From contig CM030337.1 of the NCBI GenBank assembly GCA_017654855.1, forward strand, positions 1,054,001 through 1,118,000: a stretch of 64,000 nucleotides of DNA, given 5' to 3'. The stretch is from Podospora anserina. Its lineage: Eukaryota. The position numbers were made by a program, and so were the translations under genes. Of the stretch, positions 39,063 through 51,354 are shown piece by piece; the stretch's first letter is position 1; every line of letters begins with the position of its first letter. Under the pieces are notes generated by a model. It had not been told where the DNA came from, searched no databases, and saw only the letters and a program-made list of their open reading frames with translations.

Positions 39063-40819
39063 GTTTTTTCTTTCACGACACGACGTCACTACTGGGGATG
39101 TGGGGATGGAGTCTGGGGTTTTTTTTTTCTTTTTTTTTCTTAATAGGTGAGCAAGGGTCAAGTGACTCGTTGCATGATTCACTTTTTTTAATTTCCCGTC
39201 ACAGGAATTTTAAATCTTTTGCTCCTCCCAAGTGGGATGTGAGCTGGTGGGATGTTGGTTTATGTACGATTGGTACGGTTGATACCCCCTTCTCTTTTCT
39301 ATAAGGTACCTACTCTCGGGATGGGTTCAGGAGATGGGGAAACAGGGAAACTGGACAGGAATACGGGGCCATGTTTATGGCGATACCTACTCGCTGCTCG
39401 GTTTCCATAGGGAAGTTTACAGGGCAGACAAAGACAATAAATTGCGTTGAGTTTTTATTTTTGGTGTGCTGTGATGTGTGATGTGCTGATGAAGGTGCTG
39501 TGGGCGCTGCAAGGAAGACAGGAGGTGTGATGATTACCTACCTGGGCTTTTTTTTGGAGAGGGGATAGATATGGAGAGGTGGGTGGTAGGTTTTGAGAGA
39601 TGGTTGATAGGCCTATGAAGGTGCTAGTAGGTCTGTTGACTTTCCTTTGAGGCATGGGTTGAGGATATGATATGATGTGTGTCGTTTGTCTTGAGGGGGT
39701 TGTTTTTATGTTCAGTTTATCAGTGGATAAAAGTCTCGGTTTTGGAAAAGGTGTAACCGAGGATGTTTACAGTCTGTCAAAGTCTGTGTGGCTCGTTGTT
39801 TGGGCATCAATTGGTCCTGTCGTGACAGTTTGGGATTGCTCGGGCCTGGAATCGAAGTCTTTTGGTGCCGTCGGTAAAGCTTTTCTCCCTATAGCATCAG
39901 GTCTCGTCGGTTCGTGCGGCTGGTATTGTGATGATGGTTGTAGGCGCTCGAAGGCTTTGTGTTTGTGGTGTTATGATGTTGCTGTTCTAGGGGACAGACG
40001 AAAAGACGGCTTCGATGACAAGAAAGCGAGGACACCGAGGTTGTCCCCATTGAACTACGGCTCTGGAACGGAAGATGATGGATCGATTCCGGTGGGAGTC
40101 TTTGCAGATAGGGGTATCTCCAGAGAGGAAGACTTCAAATACTGTCTTTGAAGAAGACAATCGAGTAGGTCAGCTGTAACACAACACCAAAGAGATGAAA
40201 AACCGGACCAAATTGGCCACCTACACGTGTTGGCAGCATGCAAGATGGCCCTTTGTTAGAGTAGGTTGTTTTGTGTGGTGTTCTGCTTGTCAGGGGGGAA
40301 CGATTTGCAAAGATGGGCTTTGCCGCCTTTGAGAGAAGAGGGATTCCTGTCAAGCAACCACTCTGTTTTAGGTAGGTAGATATTGGAGACGGACCCGGGG
40401 CGGCTAAGAATACGACAGGCCATCACCCAGTCACTTCGGGAGGCGTCAGGGCCAGAAAGACTTCTTCCTCTGGGGCAGGAGATCTTAAGCGGCGAGCAGA
40501 GAATCAACAACCCGGATGAACTAGATGAAAGCATCAGAGCCAAAAGGGATTGGTCCCAAAAGTGTAGGAATACCCAGGCACATCGACCTCTTCCGGCAGG
40601 TCGGGGCACCTCCTCACGGTGGCGGTGGGTTGGACTACCTTGGACGATTGTTGCTTGGTTCTTGGGGTTACCGAGCGTACATCTCGCAGCGTATTACCCC
40701 AGACCCAAGAATACTATTACCACAAACACACCATAAAAGCAGAGACAACTCTACTATTCGAATTTCATCAACCTTAATTGAACCCTCCATCTTACACCTC
40801 AACTGATATTCACCCCCCT

Positions 40820-41565
40820 TTACGCCTCCGGTAAAGGTGGAAAATCCTCATCCAACACCTTCCCCAACCCACCCCCATCCTCCCCAACCCCATCCCCCAA
40901 AACTCTCCCCCTCTCCCAAGGCTTAACCGGCACCCTCCTCCCCCCAACAGGCACCACCCCCTCCCCCCTCACAACCCGCTCCTCAATCTCCCTAATCCCC
41001 TCAATCGTCTTCCCCGTCGTCACCGCTTCGATAATCGCCTGAAACTTATTAGGATATTCCCCTTTCCTACCCTCGCCTTCCCCTTCCCCCTCCCCATCCT
41101 CCGCCTTTTTCGATAAATCAACCTTCACCCCCCCACTCCTCTGCCACTCCGGCACTTCCTCCTCCTTTGGTCCCTCTGCTGGTGGGACAGGAGTATTGTT
41201 GTTTATCTTCTTTTGGATATTCACATACAGCCAAGAGGCCTTTTTGAGGATTTCCTCGTCTGGGGTTGGGATTGTGGTGGCGGAGGAAGGGGAGGGGGAG
41301 ATGGGGACGTTGAATTTGGCGGTGTAATATTTTGCGCGGAGGGTCTGGATGGAGGTGAGGACTTGGGGCTTGGTGAAGGGGGAGGAGAGGGATTGGGGGG
41401 ATAGGAGGGGGCCGAGGGTTGTGATGAGGGATTGCTGCGGGGGAGTTGTTAGTGAGTGGTGGGATGAGGAGGGGAGGGAGGAGGTACCATGAATTCTCGG
41501 TCTGAGGCCCAGGGGTAGGTGTTGAATGCTTGGAGGGTTTGGGGTGGGGTTTGTTGGGTGGCCAT
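40820..41565 (-). CDS. KPWE-motif protein (PEX39/C6orf226-like), 2 exons (intron 41487-41435)
   Basis: AFNTYPWASDREF N-terminus, RAKYY, YPNKFQAIIEAVTTGKTIEGIREI and VKPWE near the C-terminus. Confidence 0.7.
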
Positions 41566-42387
41566 ATTGAGGTTTTGAACGTGAAATAGTGAATAGGAAT
41601 ATGAGGGGTTACTGTTTACGAGATCGGAATTGATGAGTGAGGTCGCCAAGCTGGTTATGACGGGGGTGGTTTTCCGTCGAGAGCCGAGGATGTGGTGAGG
41701 TGGTGAGGTGGTGGGGGTGGCTGGGGGAGAGGTTGATGTCTCTGAGTAAATTTGTGATATGAAAGTCAAAGAGGTCAGATTTCAACTTGAGATTTCCGGA
41801 ATGATATGAAACACTCAACGTTGACAGTATCATGAATGACTGTGGTTGGAGTCGCATGTGAAAGCCAGGGAATCCCCACCATCATAGAGACAGTGTGAAG
41901 GACAGTGCTAAAGACGGCAGAGACTGTGCCAAGATATCAAAGCTCCTTCTCGCAACAAAAGAATATATACTAGCTGGCATGTGTGTGGAAGAAACTATTT
42001 GGTCATATATTGATGCCTTTACTCACTAATGCTTCATAATATCCTCCACTGTGCATTTTAAACACCATGTTTGTCTCTATCTACTACGCCCCAATTTTCC
42101 AGCTACTACTAATTTTTCAATATATTTCTACTTGAGAAGATTTAACGTAATACTATAAAAACTCTAGGAAAACTTCAACTATAGTTTTATCCTTTTTTTG
42201 TTTTTTTAATTTTATTAAGTAATTTAATAGTTAATAATACCCTTAAAAAGTACCGATACTTAAATTTATTTTTCATAAGTTTAATGTTTTCAAACGGACT
42301 ATATTTTTAAGTAAATGAAACTTTTGTTATATAATCCGTTTTAGTATAATATAAACGCATGATATATTTAAATAATCTTGGACTTTT

Positions 42388-43022
42388 TGTTAGCTGGTAA
42401 GCCCTGATAGGCCTATAATATAGAATCTATACAGGGTTGCTGTAAAATACAGCAGTGCGCAAGCGGAAGCGGGAGGATACGACGGCAGTGCCGAAGGAAA
42501 GTAAAGCACTGTAATACAGTGAGGTATAAGGAATAAGAATTGCCTTTATTACCCTTGGCCTTGGCCTTTGGCTTTAGCCTTAAGCTTTTGCCCTTAAGGA
42601 AAGAAAGAAAGGAACTATTTTACAAGAGAGAGGAGAGGTCTATATATAGGCCTTCGTAGGCCTACTGTGGGTCCTGTAGGCCCTGGAAGCCCCTATACCA
42701 CTTTGGGGTATTTGGTGGGCTTAGGTGGGTCTAGTGTAAACTCACGGAAATCTATAGAACTTTCGGCAGTAGAGGTGCCCTGTAAATTACACTATTGTAG
42801 CAACTTACTACGTAAGCCTGTAGCTACTTTAGAAGGTTCTAGTATCCATTGACTAAGCCTCAGGCTACAGTAGCCCTGTAAGCCTTTAAGGGTCCCTTGT
42901 AAAGAATATTCTAAAGGGATCCAAGCCGGGAAGTTCCATTACTGCTTATAGCAGTACTGCCCACTGTAATATCAATCTGTAGGGCAGTAAGTAAGGCACT
43001 TAGTAGTACCCACACATTAACA
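42388..43022. mobile_element. Solo LTR, family A, copy 1 (635 bp)
   Basis: TGTTA...TAACA termini; 5-bp TSD CTTTT at 42383-42387 and 43023-43027. Confidence 0.88.
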
Positions 43023-43197
43023 CTTTTATATAAAACTTTATATTTAGGAATATTTTAATATTAATAGTATTAAAATTATTACTATTAAATTAACGTTGTA
43101 GCAAAGGAAATGAATTGATAGTAGTAATATTATTAAAACGAAATCATTAACCGTTAAGTTAAAATCAAAAATATAGTTTTTTTATCAAATTAATTAC

Positions 43198-43831
43198 TGT
43201 TAATGTGTGGGTACTACTAAGTGCCCTACTTACTGCCCTACAGATTAATATTACAGTGGGCAGTACTACTATAAGCAGTAATGGAACTTCCCGGCTTGGA
43301 TCCCTTTAGAATATTCTTTACAAGGGACCCTTGAAGGCTTACAGGGCTACTGTGGCCTGAGGTTTAGTTAATGGATACTGGAACCTTTTAAAGTGGCTAT
43401 AAGCTTACGTAGTAAGTCGCTATAATAGCATGATTTACAGGGCACCCTTACTACCGAAGGTTCGATGGATTTCCGTGAGTTTACACTAGACTCACCTAAG
43501 CCCACTAAATACCTAAAATAGTATAGGGGCTTCCAGGGCCTACAGGACCCACAGTAGGCCTACGAAGGCCTATATATAAACCTCTCCTCTCTCCTATAGA
43601 ATAGTTATCTTCTTTCTTTCCTTAAGGGCAAAAGCTTAAAGCTAAGGCCAAAGGCCAAGGCCAAAGGTAATAAAAGCAATTTTTATTCTTTATACCTCAC
43701 TATATTACAGTGCTTTACCTTCCTTCGGCACTGCCGTCGTATCCTCCCGCTTCCGCTTACGCACTGCTGTATTTTACAGCAACCCTGTATAGGTTCTATA
43801 TTATAGGCCTATCAGGGCTTACCAGCTAACA
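43198..43831. mobile_element. Solo LTR, family A, copy 2 (634 bp), inverted relative to copy 1
   Basis: Reverse-complement match to 42388-43022; 5-bp TSD ATTAC at 43193-43197 and 43832-43836. Confidence 0.88.
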
Positions 43832-43996
43832 ATTACCTTAATAATAATATTATTATCAATTAATTTTATTATTCTAAATAAGTAAACTTTTTAATAATCA
43901 TTATATTTAAAATCTGATTTAACTTATTAGATTATTAAAAAATAATGATGAAATAATGAGAAAACACACAAAACAACCACAACACCACAAATATAC

Positions 43997-44438
43997 TGTC
44001 ACAGTTAACCCAACAGCAGGCCGCGCCACATGTGGGGCGCAGGACGTCCCTAGCCAATCATTAGAGAAGTCAGGAGACAGCCAATCATGGCTGGACGAAA
44101 GTGCTATAGCGCCAAGACACACGAGCACTCTGCAGGATGCAAGATGCTACGAGTGATCAGGGGCATAGCACGACGAGCACTTTGCAGGATGCAATGTACT
44201 ATAGGTAATCGGGGCCGTAGCAGAGCGAGCACCTCAGGGCCCCAGGATCTATATATACGGAGGAACTGGCTGGTGTAGATAGACAGTTCCGCAGTATGCA
44301 ATCCACAGTTGTATTCACGGTATCTTGTGTTTACATTGAGACATCTTGTTGTGCACTGTCTAGCTGCACCGAACCAATTGTCAGAAGTTACCTTCAACTC
44401 GTATCCCTTTCAGAGGTTCTGTACAGGGGTTCGTCACA
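43997..44438 (+). mobile_element. LTR, family B, copy 1 (about 442 bp)
   Basis: TGTCACAGTTAA...GTCACA termini, CCAAT and TATA-like boxes; flanks TATAC/AATAC form a near-TSD. Confidence 0.7.
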
Positions 44439-44543
44439 AATACCTGGTACTTATAGCTCACTACTAGGGCGTACAGCTTTTGCGCCTTACCGCGCTGAGC
44501 AACAGAGCTGTAGAAGGTAACCTTTTGTATTTAAAGTGATTTG

Positions 44544-44976
44544 TGTCACAGTTAAGCTAACGGGCAGATCAGACAGTATGAGCGGCACGGGACGCGCTTA
44601 GCTAATCATTAGATTAGACAGAGGGTAGCCAATCAAGATGCGATCAAAGAATGATCACTATGATCAAGGGCAAAACTAATTAGGGCGTGATCAAAGTGAT
44701 CAAGGTATGATTATAATGATCACTGGCAGGGCCAGTCAGGACGTAATCAAAGCAGCTTAGCCATGATCAGTCTAGAGCGCTGAGGTTTACATATATGGAG
44801 GACCTAGATGGGCATCAGATAGTTCCGCAGTATGTAGCACAAGTCACATTTGTTGTTATCTTGACTAATGAGACAAGCTATTTGTTATACACTATTTAGC
44901 TATATTGAACTAGGATTGTTCAGAAGCACTTTCGACTAGCTTCTTTTTCAAAGGTTCTAGATAAGAGTTTGTCACA
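44544..44976 (+). mobile_element. LTR, family B, divergent copy 2 (about 433 bp)
   Basis: Same termini; shares TAGCCAATCA, ATAT..GGAGGA and AGTTCCGCAGTATG blocks with copy 1; no clear TSD. Confidence 0.65.
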
Positions 44977-45693
44977 TTATAGCAGTAACTCACTGTAAAA
45001 TAGGTCTTACGAAAATAAATTTTAATATATACTACTAACGATTAATTATAATAGTAAACGTAAAAGATAATCTAATTAATAATTAGTTACATTATTAATT
45101 ATTTAATTAGGTTGATTAAATTTTAAAAAAAATAGCTTTAAGTTTATTATTTTACGGTCTTTTATAATATTATTAGAAGTTTAGGTGGCGCTAAGTATAC
45201 TAGCAAAGTTGGATTTCGGTGATGTAGCTAGAAAAATAAATCTAGTAGGTGGGGGACTGACGTGGTGTTTAGGATGCACAGCAAGACACACATGACAGTT
45301 GACGTCTCTGTGCTTCCAACTGCGTTTGTCCGTCAGGACGCACGGACCACTAGGATCAAGCTGTGGAAGGCTTTGGTGAAGACAGTGAGACAGCTCCTGC
45401 TTTCCATCCCAAGTGACAAGAAAGGACCAAAGAGTATTTGAGAAAGGGCATTGTTGTTTTGTTTCTTCTTGATCAAGACATTCGTTGTTGTTGACTGCCA
45501 CCGGTCGTGTCTCACCTGCCACCACCACGAAAGCCACCACCGGCCCCAATTCGTGCATTTGCACCGCTCCCGCATCACCGACCCTGACAGACCGACCATA
45601 TCTCTCTCCCCCAATCTTCCGCCTTGAATCCCAAACCTCCCTCCCATCCGATACTTAACCAGCGGTACGGCATCACCCCCGGCGACCGCGAAA

Positions 45694-47627
45694 ATGCGCC
45701 GCGCTGCCGTACAAGCCTTTCGGACCACGTTTCAATATACTGCCCGGGGCCTTGGCCGACGCCCCTTCACAACCTCTCTCCCCACCACCGCCGCCCGCCG
45801 TCTCCTCTCCTCAACCTCCACCACCGCCGCCCGTCGCACCCTCAAGAATCACAGCAATGTCACCGGTATTCCCCCTCCCCTCCTAGAGAACATCAACAAC
45901 AACAATAGTCTCCCCCTCCCACCACCCCTCCAATCCTCAATGTACTACCGCCGCGCCTCGGTCGTCCTCGCGTCGGCACTCGTGGGCTACGGAGCCTGGT
46001 ACTCGTACAACGGCACCGACGTCAACAACGTCCCCGTCAAGCGCGGCTACTCCACCACCACCATCACCGACACCTCCACTGCAGACACCTCCCTCCCGAC
46101 ACGCAACGTCTTGGTCATCAGCGCTGACCAGCTCCACACCGGAACGATAGTAGGCGACGGACCCATCAGCAAGACCACCTCGGAAGACGGCACGAGAGTG
46201 ATCGAGATGCTCAACCCGGAGCAGGCGACAGAAAAGTTGAGGAAGCTGGAGGAGTCATATCTCGTCAACCGAGGCCAAGGCGTGGTGAGATACGACCTTG
46301 TGCAATTACCAAGCAACGACCCAATCGAGGACGACCACACGGAGAAGATCATTGAGATGCAGCCCGCGACGAGTGAAAAGGGGGGGAATGATTGGATGTT
46401 TTGGGGGGTGTTTGATGGACATAGGTTTGTCTCATTCCCCAGTTGTTTAATCAAGCAAAAATCAAAACAGCTAACAAAAACAGCGGCTGGACAACCTCTG
46501 CCAAACTCCGCCAGACTCTCGTCTCTTTTGTCGCCCGTGAGCTGAACCAGACGTATCAAGAATCAAACAATGACCTCTCGGGTCCCGGCGTGGAGGCGGC
46601 TATTAGAAAGGGGTTTTTAAAGCTCGATGATGAAATAGTCAACCAGAGCGTGCAAAAAGTCATGAGAGCCAACAACAAGACCATGGCCGCCGAACTTTTG
46701 GCACCTGCCCTGTCCGGATCATGCGCCTTATTGTCCTTTTACGACTCCCGCTCTAAGCTCCTCCGCGTAGCTTGCACGGGAGACTCGCGCGCCGTTTTGG
46801 GCAGGAGGACAGAATCGGGAAAATGGACGGCGACGCCGCTGTCGGTTGATCAGACCGGCTCCAATGTGGACGAGGCGAGTAGACTGAGGAGGGAACACCC
46901 CAACGAGCCCTATGTCGTTCGGAACGGGAGGGTGCTGGGGGGGTTGGAGCCGTCGAGGGCGTTTGGGGATGCGAGTTACAAGTGGACGAGGGAGATTTCG
47001 GAGAGGTTGAGGAAGCACTTTTTTGCGAGGTCGGTCTCGCCGGCGTTGAAGACGCCGCCTTATGTGACGGCTGAGCCGGTGATCACTACCACGAGGATTG
47101 AGCCGGAGAGGGGGGATTTTGTGGTGATGGCTACGGATGGGTTGTGGGAGATGTTGACTAATGAGGAGGTGATTGGGTTGGTGGGGAAGTGGATTGATGC
47201 TCAGCAGCAAAAAGGGGGGAAACAGTCGGGGTTGTTTGATTCGGTTTGGTCGAGGACTTTTGGCGGTGGAGGGTCGAGTAAGGATGGGCCCGGGGGGTTG
47301 CCGGTGGAGGTGTCCAAGGTGGAGGAGGTGGAGGGTCAAAAGACGCCGTTTAGGGGGGTGAGGCAGTGGGGGGGGAATGATGGGTTTGTGGTGGAGGATG
47401 CGAATGTGGCGACGCACCTGGTGAGGAATGCGTTGGGGGGGAAGAACAGGGAGCAGGTTAGCGCGTTGCTGACGCTGCCGGCGCCGTTTTCGAGGAGGTA
47501 TAGAGATGATTTGACCGTGCAGGTTATCTTCTTTGGGGAGGGGGAGGGAGAGGGGAGGGGGGAGGTGGTGGTGAATCGGGAGGCGAGCAAGGGGGTGAAG
47601 GGGGAGGGGGCGAGGGCCAAGTTGTAG
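45694..47627 (+). CDS. ptc5: Ptc5-like PP2C (pyruvate dehydrogenase phosphatase family), 2 exons (intron 46425-46483)
   Basis: Arg-rich presequence, QLPSNDPIEDD, FWGVFDGHSGW, ACTGDSRAVLG, LEPSRAFGD, MATDGLWE, RRYRDDLTV; ends in AKL. Confidence 0.92.
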
Positions 47628-48287
47628 GGAACTTGGTCTGTTCAACCCGGAGAGGTTTCAAGATGGGTATTGATACGTTTTCTTTGCTACATGGCGGTTG
47701 GTTTCCTACGGACTGGCTGGCGGCGCACCTGGGAATATATTTCGGTGGGCAGCGGGTGATGGCTTGTTTTTTTCTTCTTTTTTTTTGTTAGCTATCTGTT
47801 TAGTACATTACGGCGGGTGTAGCATATGGCGGAGGGGGTGTTTTCAGCAATGGAGTTTAGGTGTGGTTAGGAAAGACCAGTGATTACTTGTATCAATCAG
47901 TATCTTGGGAAAAGTACCGACGATGGGTAAAGCAAGCAAACTTTAAAAAGACTCGACCGTTGTGCTCAGCTTGATCCTCCGTCCATTCTCCTGGGTGAAA
48001 ACTCAAAGCTTGCCAGAAAGAATCACATCATTCAACCTCCTCTATACACATATCACACATTTGGTAGGGCTCTGAAAAACATCCCATCCCCAAGAACTGG
48101 CCGGACAGAGCAGCCGGGATGCGTGCCCCTGCCTTGCTGCCGGAAAACAACAACTGCAAAGAGGGAACATCCCTCCTTGGAGCCATCATATTCCAGCGGC
48201 CAAGCAGGGCACCTCTGCCCAGGCCAGTTCCTCGGGATGCTCCAACCCAACCCCCTCTTGGTATATCTCCCTCGGGACCCCCTTACC

Positions 48288-49912
48288 CTACAACTTACTC
48301 CTCTCCCTCTGCGGCGGCCCGACAAGCGGATCATAGACCCTCTCCGCCAAAAAGTTCACCGGCCCAACCCCATGGCTAAAAAGCCCCCGTGCATCCACCA
48401 TCCCCTCGTTCAACTCCTCAATCGTCCTCGCCCCAATGAGCCTCATATTCATCTCCATCTCATCCTTGAGCAACTGCATCGCCCTCTCCACCCCCTCCTG
48501 CCCGTACGCGCTCATGGCATACAAGAACGGTCTCCCTATCCCCACCCCCTTAGCCCCCAAACACAGCGCCTTGATGATATCCGTCGCCCTCCTCACCCCC
48601 CCATCAACATAAACCTCAATCTTCTTCTCCAGCCCCATCTTCTTCAGCACAGGCATAGTCTCCGCCAAGACTTCAATCCCCGACCTCGCAAAATCCAACT
48701 GTCGCCCTCCATGATTAGATAGCACCACGCCCGCGCACCCAACCTCCACCGCCCTCAACACGTCCTCCACTCTCTGAACCCCCTTCAAAACGATGGGCAT
48801 CTTGGTAACGGACCTGAACCAGGGAATATCATCCCAGCACAGCCCCGGGTCGATAAAACTGCTGATCGCCCTCGCCGCACCCTGGCTGTTGTCCGTCTTC
48901 TCCCCTGACCCCTTCTGCACATTCGAGCCCTCATCCGTGAATTTCAACCTCATGTCTTTCTCCCTCCTCCCCAGCTGTGGCGCGTCAACGGTGATGAACA
49001 GCCCCTTGCAACCCCTCTTCTCGGCGTGCTCGACGATCCTCTTGGTGATGGCCCTGTCTTTGTTGACGTAGAGCTGCAGCCACTGGACTTGGCTTGCATC
49101 TGCAGCGTCCATGATCTCGTCAAAGGAGCAGGAGGCAAGGGTGGGGATCATTTGGACAACGTTGTGCCTCGCCGAAGCACGGGTGAGGACAACCTCGCCT
49201 TCTACATGACCGAGTTTGCCGAGAGCGGTGGCGGTGACGTAAAAGGGAATGTCGACCTTGGTGCCGAGCATGGTGGTGGAAAAGTCGACTTTTTCGACGT
49301 TGACGAGGATTTTGGGGCGGAACCAGATGCGTTGAAAGGCTGTTTGGTTTTCTCGGAGGGTCTACATCTCATGTTGGTTCGCATTTGTCCCAAGATGACC
49401 AAGAGCTCAAGAGGGAGAGGGGAGGGGGGCTTACAATCTCATCATCAGCCGCACTAGAGTAATACCCCCAAGCAGTCTTCTTCATCACCCTCTTTGCCAC
49501 GCCCTCAAAGTCAAGCAAGTTGTAGCATTGTTCGAGCAAGGGCATCTCCTCGATCCTCTTCATTCTCTCCTGCTCTTCTGGGAGGACCTCTTGTTTCTCG
49601 ACGACGACGGTGGACATGTCGACGGGACCTTTGTGTTTGTCTTTTGGAAGGTATTTCTCCAGAGTGTCCGGGGGGTGGATGGGGTCGAATTCTTCGGTGG
49701 CGTCTTTGCCGGCGTATTTGAGGATGATTTTGGAGCCGCCGGGGTGTTCGGGGAGGAAGTCTGTCACGTCGTAGGCGCGGCCCTGGGGTTGTCAGTAGGG
49801 GAGAGATATGAGGTGGGGAGCTGGAGAGGGGCACTACATGGACGATGACCCAGCAGTCGTCTGCCGACTTGTGTTTGGCGACTTCCACGCCTGTGAGCTC
49901 GACTTTGGTCAT
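48288..49912 (-). CDS. cyb2: Flavocytochrome b2-like L-lactate/2-hydroxyacid dehydrogenase, 3 exons (introns 49837-49783, 49434-49362)
   Basis: Cytochrome b5 domain ([23 protein letters not shown]) plus FMN domain ([23 protein letters not shown]); ends in SKL. Confidence 0.93.
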
Positions 49913-50724
49913 TTTTGCGGTGGTGGTGTGTTGTCCAAGGTGTTGTTCAAGGTGTTGTTCAAGGTGTTGTCCAGAAGACGGGTTGAAAGATGGGAATTGG
50001 TCGTGAAAGAGGTGCTCTTTAAACCAGTCTTGTTTCCTTGGGACCGAAATTTCCCCTAGTATGGGAAGGGGGCTGGTGTGAATTGTGAAAACGCGAGGAT
50101 GGGACGAGTTATCTCCGGTGGTTGGCCGATCTGTTCGAGGTTGGTCGGTGAGGCTGTGGGGATGCCAGTGACTGAGAGGGAGATTCAATTGAAAGGGGGG
50201 TCTACGTGGTATATAAGAGAGCTGAGGGTAGATATCGGGAACAAAGGCCCCAAGCAACCAGTTGTCACACGGCTGGGTCAAGGGGGAAGAGGGCGCTCGA
50301 GCAAAGCATCATCCAAGCAATTGTCATTCGACAGGGATGCTTGGGGGGATGCTGAAGAGGCTCGGCATCTCGGCTGCGTGTGTTGCTTGTCTGCGGGGGG
50401 GGGGGAAATGTGGGGACCTCACCCCATTGCCTCAGGCGACGTCATCCGATTTGGCCGAGCTGGGTGTAATTACGGGCAATTTGGTACGGTATCTTACGTA
50501 TTTTTGGGCTGTTGATTTCAAGCTGAAGGTGATGAGATGATTGATGGCATCGTCATGTTGAAGACCAGTCTAGATGTTTTGGTTCTCGTGGTAACAGGCC
50601 CCAAACATTTCAACCTTGTGGTTCCATGTCCCCCAACCGTTCCTATCCGTTCAACCAGATTAACAGGCACCACACAAAGGTCTCCTCCATCTCCATCCCA
50701 ACAGCCCTTATTCCCCCTACCGTG

Positions 50725-51354
50725 CTATTGCTGTACATCTTGACCCTGAACATCCCGCCTCTTCCCCAGTAACTCCTCCTCCAACTTAAAACTCCTCCTC
50801 TCCTCCTCCTCCTCCCCATCACTCCCCTCCCCCTCTTCCTCCCCCGGGAAACCCCTCTCCTCATCCCCATTAACAACCACATACCACCCTACCCTCCCCG
50901 CCTTAACCCCCCCTCCCCCCTCCCCACCAGCTTCCACCACCCCGCCCCCAATCTTCATCAGCTCATCCCTCAGTTTGGGAAACCAGTCACTTTCCAGGTA
51001 CTGGCTCGTGATAGCAGTAATATCAACCACGTCATCAATCCTCACCGCAAAATCGGCTATGTAAGCAAACGGTGTAAAAGCAGATGACAAGTCCCCTGGG
51101 TTGTACGCCTCGAGAACTTTGACGGGGGAGCATGACTGTGAGGCCAGCACATCAAAACCGGAGGGAGGCGTATCTGGTGGGGAGTCCGGCGGTGGGATGA
51201 ATGGGTAGGTGTTGCGGAGGCAGGACAGGAAGGAGTGGGAGGAGGAGGGGGAGATGAGGTGCTCGGGGGAGCAATCTGACAGGTCGTGGAGGACGGTGAA
51301 GATGCGGATCAGGGGGCGGGGGAGGGGGAAGGCGTGGGTCAGGTAGGTTGGCAT
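50725..51354 (-). CDS. FlbE-like developmental regulator
   Basis: MPTYLTHAFPLPRPLIRIFTVLHDL N-terminus, FAYIADFAVRI, and GWYVVVNGDEER followed by an acidic tail, resembling the FlbE family. Confidence 0.65.
   Translation of the reverse strand: MPTYLTHAFPLPRPLIRIFTVLHDLSDCSPEHLISPSSSHSFLSCLRNTYPFIPPPDSPPDTPPSGFDVLASQSCSPVKVLEAYNPGDLSSAFTPFAYIADFAVRIDDVVDITAITSQYLESDWFPKLRDELMKIGGGVVEAGGEGGGGVKAGRVGWYVVVNGDEERGFPGEEEGEGSDGEEEEERRSFKLEEELLGKRRDVQGQDVQQ

Larger units (their letters stand above)
42081..45248. mobile_element. AT-rich, RIP-type transposon island with nested solo LTRs
   Basis: Abrupt AT enrichment, many TpA dinucleotides, no long ORFs, four LTR-like units. Confidence 0.85.

Noticed and set aside
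42388-43831. Single foldback/MITE element with long TIRs
   Set aside because: Each arm has its own TG...CA ends and a distinct TSD, so these are two solo LTRs.
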